Source of the DNA: Parvularia atlantis
Lineage: Eukaryota
Direction of reading: 5' to 3'
Assembly (NCBI GenBank): GCA_943704415.1
Contig: CALSCO010000903.1
Location: 1 to 34,449 of the forward strand
DNA: 34,449 nucleotides
The notes beneath the pieces are model-generated. The model searched no databases, was not told where the DNA came from, and saw only the letters and a list, made by a program, of their open reading frames with translations. Shown here one piece after another: positions 11,801 to 19,909 of this stretch. The position numbers were made by a program, and so were the translations under genes. Numbering within the stretch: the stretch's first letter is position 1; each line of letters starts with the position of its first letter.

Positions 11801-14800
11801 CTCGGCCGTCACGCGCGGGCGAATCGCTTTCGTGGGCGACGTGCCGTTTGTGCAGGTGTGCGGGCGCGTGTGCCGATCGCTGCCACATCGGCGCGCTCAG
11901 CGTGAGCGTCCGCAGAACGCGACGATCCGCGACAACATCCTCGCCGGGCGCAACTACAGCGTGGACATGTACGAGCGCACGGTGCTCGGCTGCGGCCTGG
12001 TCAAGGACTTTTTGCTGCTCGAGGTGCGCCCGGCCGACGGCGGCAGCAAGTGCTGATCCATGCACGCCCGCAGCACGGCGACGCCGAGATGCTTGGAAAC
12101 GGCGGCATCCGCATCTCCGAGAGCCTGCAGCAGCGGATCTCCGTCGCGCGGGGCGTGTACGCGATGCTGGCGGGCGAGGGTGCGCGCGGCTGGCCTGTGC
12201 GAGTGGGTTGTGAACACGCGCTCGCAGCTGACATGCTCGTGATGGACGACCCGCTCACGGCGGTCGAGCCGCTGCTGGCGCGGCGCATCGTGCGCGAGTG
12301 CCTCGGCAAGGCGCTGCGCAACCGCACGCGCATCATCAGCACGTCCCAGCTGGCGCTGTTCCTACCCGAGTCGAACCACGTCGTGGTGCTGGGCAACGGC
12401 ATGGTCGTCGAGCAGGGTGCGCCGCGCCGCGCGGCGATGGCAGCTCGCGCAAGCTGATCGCGCGCGCAGGGCCGCACATGACGCTCGCGCGGCAGCCGGG
12501 CCTGCTCAGCGAGATGCTGCGCAGCGTGAAGATGTTTGCGGCCGAGCGCGTGCAGGCGGACGGCGCCGAGGAGGGCGAGGATGAGGATGCGGAGGTGCGC
12601 GCTTGCGGTCAAACGCAGGTTGATGCGCTCACACGGGGTTGCAAGGTCTCCGCGGCGATCTCGAAGCGCGCGAGCTCGACGCCGTCGTCCATCGACGTCA
12701 ACATGGGCAAGATCACCCGGTCGATGTCGGTGTACGACATCGAGGGCCCGGCCAACAAGGGTGCGCCCGTCAAGTGACGTATTTGCGCACGGCTGACGCG
12801 CTGCGCAGGCGTGCCGTGGAAGGGCTGGCTGTCGTACGCGTCGATGTCTGGCGGGCTCGCACAAGTGCTCGTGCTGGCCCTGCTCTTCTCGCTGTCGCAA
12901 GTGGGGCTGGTGCGTGCGCCGCTCCACTCACGCGTACCCTGCTTGACGCGACGCGGGCGGCCAGGTCGTGCAGGACTTTTGGATGAGCTGGTGGACGGAG
13001 GACCAGTACCTTGGGCTTGGAAACGCGGGCTACTTCAAGATTTTCTGCTATCTGGGCCTGTACAACCTGCTGTTTATCGTCGTGCGCTCGCTTGCGGTCG
13101 CGTCGGGCTCGGTCCGCGGTGAGCAGCGCGCGGTTTACTGCGAGGGGCGATACGCTGGCTGACATACCGCGCCCGCAGTCGCGCGCCGCGTGCACGACCT
13201 CATGCTCGGCTCAATCATGCGCGCCCCGCTCGAGTTCTTCCTGGTCACGCCCGCGGCCTCGACGATCAACCGCATGGGCCGCGACCAGCAGGTGGTCGAC
13301 CAGGTGCGACGGCGGTGGCGGCGAAGCGTGCGGGTTTGACGCGCGCTCCCGCAGGAGCTGAGCCCGGAGTTTGTGGATCTGCTGACGTTTGTATTCATGA
13401 CGGCGGGCATGGTCGTCGTGATTGCGTGGGTGACGCCGTTCTTCCTCGTGGCGATGCTGCCGATTGGCATCGTGTTGCACTTTGTCACGCGCTACTACAT
13501 CGCCTCGGCGAGGTGCGCTGTGCGCCGCGCGGGCGCCCGGTGCTCACGCGGCGCGCCGGCAGGCAACTCAAGCGTCTCGACGCCGAGTCGCGCACCAAGG
13601 TCGACGACCACTACAGCGAGCTGCTGCGCGGCCTGGTGACGATCCGCGCCTCGGACGCGGCCAAGTGCGGGTGAAAAGCGGTGCCGGGATGAGTTCTGAA
13701 CCGCCCGCGCGGCAGGACGTACATCGAGGAGAGCAGCCGGCTGGTGGACCTGAATCACCGAGCGTACTGGTCGCACATGGTCGTCAACCGCTGGCTGGGG
13801 CTGCGGCTTGAGTTTGTGGGCTCGATGGTCGTGTTCTTCTGCGGCATTTTTGTGAGCCTGTACCGGCTCAAGGTCACGGGCGGCCTGGCTGGTGCGACGC
13901 CGTGCGCGCGCGCACACTTCCCGGCTGACGCGTGCGTGCCAGGCATCTCGCTCATGTACGCGCTCTCGGTCACCAACACGCTCAACTGGCTCGTGCGCAC
14001 GATCGCCGAGGTCGACGCGGGCCTGGCGCACTACGCGCGCAGCGTCGAGTTTACGACGATCGTGCCCGAGTCGGCCGCCGTCGTCGTCGACAACCGGCCG
14101 CCGCCGGGCTGGCCGGCGCGGTGCGTGTTGCGGTCTGGTAGGGCGGCAGCCACTGTTGACACGTCGATTGACAGGGGCAAGATCAGCGTGCAGAACCTCG
14201 TCGTGCGCCCCGTGCAGCACGGACCCCCCGTGCTCAAGGGTGCGCGGCGGGTGGCGGTCCGCGGGGGGCCGTCGCAATGACACGCCGCGACGCAGGCATC
14301 ACGTTTGAGACCAAGCGTATGGAAAAGGTCGGGATAGTCGTGCAGCAGTCGTCGACGTCGTCGCTGCTCGAGGCAACGGCCGTAATCCACGCGCTGCTGC
14401 GCCTGAGCGAGCCCGACGACGGCTTTGTGTTTATCGACAACGTCGACATTGGCCTGTTTGGCCTGAGCGACTTGCGCTCGGCCCTGGCCGTGCTGCCCAA
14501 GGTGCGTGCGCGTGTGCGAGTGAGCGAGGCCCCCTTGACTGACGCCGTTGCAGAGCCCGCTCCTGTTTAGCGGCACGCTGCGCGAAAACATCGATCCGGA
14601 GGGCCGGTTTACCGACGAGGAGATCATGCGCGATCTCGAGCGCGTGCACATGCACGACTTTGTGCGCGACCTTCCGAGCGGGCTCGACACGGTGAGCCGC
14701 GCCGCGGCACGCGGTGGCCGGCCCGGCTGAGTGCGTCGTCGCCGCGCAGCAACTGAGCACGGAGGAGGACGCCATGTTTTCGTACGGCCAGCTGCAGCTG

Positions 14801-15607
14801 CTGGCCCTCGCGCGCGTGCTGCTCAAGAAGAGCAAGGTACCGCGCATCGACGGGCAAGGACGCGTGTCTTGACGGCGCGTGTGCGCGCAGGTCGTGCTGA
14901 TCGAGGAGATCTCGTCGCATATGGACGCCACGACGGACGCGATCCTGCAGAAGACGATCCGCACTGAGGTGCGCACGCGAGCAGGCGCCGCGCTCGGTCT
15001 GATGCGGCACACACCAGCTCGTCGACTGCACGGTGCTCACGGTGGCGTCGCGGCTCAAGACGATCATCGACTATGACCGCGTGATCGTGCTCGACAAGGG
15101 TGCTGCTTCGCGGCCGCTCGCGCGCCGCTCGCCCGCCAACCGCGCCGCGCGACACACAGGCATGATCGTCGACTTTGACTCGCCGGCCGCGCTGATCAAC
15201 AACGAGGACAGCATGTTTTACACGCTCTGTCTCGAGTCGGGCGAGTTTGAGGGGCTGCGGCAGCTCGCCGGGCAGCGCGAGTACGTGCTCGAGGAGGTAA
15301 CTGGCGACGCCAGCGCCTGCGCCCGCGACCGCCGCGCTCAGCCGCCCGCACAGCTGGGCGCCTCGGTCAAGTCGGGTGTGTCGGGCGACGGGAGCGGCCG
15401 GTCGTACCTCAACGAGCAGTACTTTGCCCGCCCGCCGGCCAAGTCGACCGCCGGGTGCGTTGTCGCCCGCAGCGCTGCGGTGGTCATGGTCGCGGTGCTG
15501 AGTGTGTGCAACAATGCAGCATGTCGATCAACTCGACGTCGGCCGCGCAGTACCAGCGCGACAGCCGACACACGCACGGCATGCGCGCGCAGTCGTTCGC
15601 CGACTAG
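8808..15607 (+). CDS. ABCC/MRP (YCF1-like) transporter with TMD0 and degenerate nucleotide-binding domains (>30 short introns)
   Basis: N-terminal DFTPCFEE (TMD0), PPENRISWISKLTYWWISPL (L0/lasso) and TMD1. NBD1 has GPRGSGKTS, NATIRDNIL and MDDPLTAV. TMD2 has RQLKRLDAESR and NRWLGLRLEFVG. NBD2 has LFSGTLRENIDP, FSYGQ and TIIDYDRVIVLDKG. The spliced frame ends ...RAQSFAD* at 15605-15607. Confidence 0.95.
8853..8870. repeat. C18 homopolymer in the first ABCC intron
   Basis: Run of 18 C directly visible. Confidence 0.9.
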
Positions 15608-15785
15608 CGTGGAGCTGAGATAAAGGTGCTTTGTTTTGCGTTGGCTGCTGCTGAGAACACCGTGACAGTGTCCGATGCCCACTCGGACCACCGTGAGAGA
15701 GAGATGCCCATGCTTCGTCGCTTACACAAAGCGAGTTCCAAACAATAGAGGAGGTCAGAAACGAGAGGGAGGGTGGGTGGGTGCC

Positions 15786-15841
15786 GCACAAAACCGGCAG
15801 AGCCACGAGGCACAAAACCGGCAGAGCCACGAGGCACAAAA
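15786..15841. repeat. 24-bp tandem repeat GCACAAAACCGGCAGAGCCACGAG x2.3
   Basis: Exact copies at 15786-15809 and 15810-15833, partial copy at 15834-15841, in the gap between convergent genes. Confidence 0.9.
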
Positions 15842-15950
15842 GCACAGACAAGAGCCCCTCCAGCGGGTCATCCTCCACTGAAACGTCCTCGTCGCTCAGC
15901 CAGTTACGGCTTCGCTCCGAGGGGGGCATGACACAAAGACATGATCACGT

Positions 15951-18900
15951 TCACGCTCGGCGCTTCTGTGCAGCCAGCTGCTTGCGTCGATCTCGGTCAG
16001 CATTGCCCGACGATCGCGGCAGCACCAGGATGCACGTGATGTGCTGGAGCAACAGGCTCGCGCACTCGTCGCTCTTGATCGCTAGCTGCATGCTGCCGCC
16101 CTGACGAAGAGACTGTGGAGTGTTGATGACGCCCGGGTTGCTGAGCACCGGGCCGCGCACCCAGTTCACGTCGTCCGCCTCATTGTGCTCACCGTGGCGC
16201 GACTTCCAGACAATCTCGCGCCAGCGATCGTCGTCGTCGTTCATTGAGATGTGCTCCAAGCCTTTCATCTTGTCACGAGGCACATCGTAGACGAAGATGA
16301 TGAAACGATTCGCAGGTGGCGTGACCTCGCTCCTCGTCCTCCAGTGATTATAGGTGGCGCGAACGTCGTCGTAGACGTAGAGCGAGCCCGTCACGCCAAA
16401 GTCTTGCAGCTGAGTTCTCAGCTCGGGTCGGATGTTTGTAACGCAGGGATCGCCGCCGAGGCGGACGAAATGGTGCTCGTGCGCGACGTGGTACATGCGC
16501 CACGTGTCGACCGGTTCGTGCTCGTCAACGTCACGCTCGCCCAAGGCCAAGCCAGCATCGTCGTCTGCTTCGTCGTTCGAGCTGGGCTCTGACTTGGGTT
16601 CCGACTCGGTGATCTCTGGGAAGTTGTCCAGCAGATACTGCTCCAGGCGCTCGGGGCTGTGGCACATGCTGTCCGTCAGCGTGGCCACACGGCGGCCTGG
16701 GAACGAGTCGTTGTCCAGCAATGCGTGGTTCCTCTCGTAGCGGTAGTACTCGAGGCACGCCTCTGCATGTTGCCCGAAGGCGTCCACAAGCCAGGCAACC
16801 AGCGGGCGATCGTAGATGGTTTGGCCGCCCTTCTTTCTGGCGTCCAGGTCTCGCGCAGCCCGCCGGCAGAGAGTGATCACCGGGCCAGGGCGGAAGAACT
16901 TGTGCAATGGCGCGGCCACTGTGGCATGCACTAGGCGCGTGCTTACTGTCTCGCCGTGAACGATGTGGAACCAGCCCGTCGTCTTGAAGGACGCGGCACA
17001 GTCCTGAATGCAATCGCTGCATAGCTCTGCCAGCACACTTTCGTCTTTGCCATCCAGCTTCATCTCGCGATCATCCACCAGCTCCAGAGCGAACGGTGGC
17101 TGCAGGCCGAGCTCGCACAGCCGATGGAATGCGGCGAAATTGTGATCTTTCAACTTCACGTGGTAGGGGGCACTGCGCAGCTGAGTCATCGACAGAGACA
17201 TCCAAAGCGTAATATATGCCGGTTGAAAGACATGCAGATCAGTCATGAGAACACCGTCACTTTGCGCTTGCAAATGCGGAAGCGCTTCTAACTTGTAACC
17301 TTTCGGTGCCGCCCACTTAGTCGCAGCCCTCTGGAAGGCTCTTTCAATAAGGCGCCAGTTGCGCGGCTTCTCAACCTCCACAATAGCAGGAAAAGCGTCC
17401 CCAGATTGGTCAGCTAGGTCAAAGCGCTCATCGCCTAGCTCAAAGGCCCCAGAATCACTTGCATGAAGTGGCGAGCCGTCATGTGCTGAGTCTGCGCTGG
17501 GCAACTGTACTCCCAAGGCTGCGAATAATTCAGCTGTGTCGTTTTCCTCTGCAACGCTTAGGCTCGCCGACGTCATAGTAGACGCGCCAGATGTAAAAGT
17601 TTCGTGCGCGTCATCGACGAAAAAGTCACCGCTCTCAGCCATTTCGCGCACAGCTGCACTTGCGCGAGCAATCCGCTCGTGACTCTCTTTGACCACGTCG
17701 TTCAACATGTGACCCATCAACACTAGCCATGTTTGGGCAGTCTGGTTGACAACAACGCTTGCAACCTCAGGAACAGATGCAGTGGCCAATTCGACGGCCA
17801 TCACCATTCCTGAGCTCGGCACAATGTGTTCGAGCAGTGTCAGCACAAGCTCGTTTAAATTCTGCAGCTTCGTTTTCTGCAAAGACGATAACCCCGTGGA
17901 ACCTGCTAGCCATTTGATGGCTGCCGCAATGTTCTCTTCCGACTCAGTCTTGTAAAGCAGTGCAATGAGCGCACACAACGCCCGCCCTGTATGCGCCCGT
18001 TTCCTATCCGCATGCTCAGCTCTTGTGCACGTGTTGATGCACTCAACGACGCAAGTCAACAGTTGCGGATGTTCCTCGACTGCCCTGTCTCGCACGCGCT
18101 TAGCATGATGAAAGATGTTTGTGACAAGTGTGAGACACCACGCCATAAGATGGTCGTCTGCATTTTTGAGAGCTTGCAACAGGCATTGCTGTATGATCTT
18201 CACAAACTCGTGTTCCACAAGAACGCGCGTGTGGACGTTGTTGTGCGTTATATTGCTAAGCATGCGCATAGCTGACCTGGCGTCCAAATCAGCTGCGGCA
18301 CATTTCAGCGCGAGATCGACGATGGCCAATCCTGTTGAAACACCGCCGTGCTCTTTCAGTTGAAAAAGACGATCAATAAGTCGCGGAGCGCCGCTCGTGC
18401 GGCCGTCATCGAGATCTGCAGAAGCGGCCGACTTCACATTTCCTACTCCAGGCGCACCTAGAATGCCATCAGAATCCGTTTCAAACGGATCTGCACTTTT
18501 GCTCTCGGTCACGGTATCCGTTTCCACGTCTTCTTGCGAGCCGTGCGTGTCGCTGTAAATGGTCGCAGCAAGAAAGTCAAAGACGGCACGACGAAACTTC
18601 GACAACGGTTTGTGCACATCTGCAGAACCGTCTCCAATCGCCTTGAGAAGATCGAGATACAGGCGCACGTCCGTGTTCTCCACCTGCAGGCACAGGAACT
18701 CGTTCTCGTATACACAGCACCGCAACGCTGTCACAACATCGGTCATGAACTTCACACGCTTGTAAGTCAGGTGACTGGGGTCCCTTGAGACTTTCAGCAA
18801 TGCGGATGAAAAGGTCGACGATTTATACAGACTTTTGATGTAGCCTGCTACGTCAGCACGGACAGTTTGTTTGTGAATTTCGAGAAACTTTACGCAGTTG

Positions 18901-19661
18901 AGAAACTGCAGAATGACGGCGACAGGCTCATGTTTCAAAGCTCCGTCATGCGGGTGCCAGTGCGTGAGGTCGTGAAACAGTTCGACAGCAACTTCGACGT
19001 GTTGTGTCATAAGCGCGGGGGGGCAGCAGCTTGCAAATTCCATTAAGCATTCCAGGGTGTCAATGCACAGTGATACAGCAGCATCTTTTGTTGCACGTGC
19101 AGGAGCTGCCAGTGATCGCACCAGAAGAATTTTCTCTTTCAAGCGTTCAGCCAGCAGCAGCGCCAGCTTTGTCTTGAATAGGTTTGACTGAGCATCTCGC
19201 CACGTCAAAAGGTCAGTGTCATGATCTTGAGCCGCAACGGCAACACGTTGCCTATCCACCACGATGCTTGCCGAGGCATGAGCAGGTGGAAGCAACTGGC
19301 TTGAGCCATCAGATCCGCTTGCGCTGACTGCGGCGACGGACGCTCTGTCGAAATTCAACGACCACTGTCCAGAGTCAACGTCTGCTTTGAGGTCCCAGCG
19401 GGGCAAGAGACGAAGAGCATGAGTGACGTTTCGCACGGGTTCACTTGATGCACTGTTGAACTGCTTGACGTCGGTGCGGAACTTCTTGGTGATAGCCCGC
19501 AGTTGGCTGTCCAGGTCTTTCACACGATTCAAGGCGCCCGTGTCGACGGTAACGAAGGGCGCTGCAGGAAGTCCTGTGGAGAGCTGTGTTGCAAGCGCCT
19601 GGCCTGCGTTGCGTTGGCTTGTGCCTGACGACGCGCTGGCGTCTTGCTCTGGTGCGCTCAT
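15951..19661 (-). CDS. Intronless ~1236-aa protein: ARM/HEAT-like solenoid + C-terminal DUF3990-like ADP-ribosyltransferase-fold domain
   Basis: Single uninterrupted ORF with likely start MSAPEQ at 19661. ARM-like helices include SAMRMLSNITHNN...LVEHEFVKII and AWCLTLVTNIF. The C-terminus MYHV...QDFGVTGSLYV...FIIFVYDVP...WREIVWKSR...WVRGPVLSNP...QLAIKS matches the DUF3990 pattern YHG-DFGxGFY-W..FV...R-GP-Q. Confidence 0.8.
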   Translation of the reverse strand: MSAPEQDASASSGTSQRNAGQALATQLSTGLPAAPFVTVDTGALNRVKDLDSQLRAITKKFRTDVKQFNSASSEPVRNVTHALRLLPRWDLKADVDSGQWSLNFDRASVAAVSASGSDGSSQLLPPAHASASIVVDRQRVAVAAQDHDTDLLTWRDAQSNLFKTKLALLLAERLKEKILLVRSLAAPARATKDAAVSLCIDTLECLMEFASCCPPALMTQHVEVAVELFHDLTHWHPHDGALKHEPVAVILQFLNCVKFLEIHKQTVRADVAGYIKSLYKSSTFSSALLKVSRDPSHLTYKRVKFMTDVVTALRCCVYENEFLCLQVENTDVRLYLDLLKAIGDGSADVHKPLSKFRRAVFDFLAATIYSDTHGSQEDVETDTVTESKSADPFETDSDGILGAPGVGNVKSAASADLDDGRTSGAPRLIDRLFQLKEHGGVSTGLAIVDLALKCAAADLDARSAMRMLSNITHNNVHTRVLVEHEFVKIIQQCLLQALKNADDHLMAWCLTLVTNIFHHAKRVRDRAVEEHPQLLTCVVECINTCTRAEHADRKRAHTGRALCALIALLYKTESEENIAAAIKWLAGSTGLSSLQKTKLQNLNELVLTLLEHIVPSSGMVMAVELATASVPEVASVVVNQTAQTWLVLMGHMLNDVVKESHERIARASAAVREMAESGDFFVDDAHETFTSGASTMTSASLSVAEENDTAELFAALGVQLPSADSAHDGSPLHASDSGAFELGDERFDLADQSGDAFPAIVEVEKPRNWRLIERAFQRAATKWAAPKGYKLEALPHLQAQSDGVLMTDLHVFQPAYITLWMSLSMTQLRSAPYHVKLKDHNFAAFHRLCELGLQPPFALELVDDREMKLDGKDESVLAELCSDCIQDCAASFKTTGWFHIVHGETVSTRLVHATVAAPLHKFFRPGPVITLCRRAARDLDARKKGGQTIYDRPLVAWLVDAFGQHAEACLEYYRYERNHALLDNDSFPGRRVATLTDSMCHSPERLEQYLLDNFPEITESEPKSEPSSNDEADDDAGLALGERDVDEHEPVDTWRMYHVAHEHHFVRLGGDPCVTNIRPELRTQLQDFGVTGSLYVYDDVRATYNHWRTRSEVTPPANRFIIFVYDVPRDKMKGLEHISMNDDDDRWREIVWKSRHGEHNEADDVNWVRGPVLSNPGVINTPQSLRQGGSMQLAIKSDECASLLLQHITCILVLPRSSGNADRDRRKQLAAQKRRA

Positions 19662-19785
19662 GCCGAGCACAATACCTTGGGTGGGTTGGGGCCCGGGCGG
19701 GGAAACGGCTCGCGCAGAACGTCGAGGTTCTCCGCGCCGCACTTGGCCTTGGCCTCGGTGTTGTGCAGACGCTCGCTGGCTCGCG

Positions 19786-19801
19786 AAAAAAAAAAAAAAA
19801 A
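19786..19801. repeat. A16 poly(dA:dT) tract upstream of the ARM-ART gene
   Basis: 16 consecutive A on +, about 125 nt upstream of the predicted ATG on -; possibly a nucleosome-depleted promoter element. Confidence 0.7.
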
Positions 19802-19909
19802 CCGGCTGGCGTGAAGGAGCGGCTCCAGAAGAAATGGTAAATTGCCAAGTTCTGGCAACTGGATTGATTTTGGGCCTTGCATGACATCGCTTTGCACCCA
19901 TCTGTGACA

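Noticed and set aside
8808..15607. ABCC as a pseudogene
   Set aside because: I found no stop or frameshift in the exons I traced, and the substitutions concentrate on catalytic motifs while structural motifs are kept.
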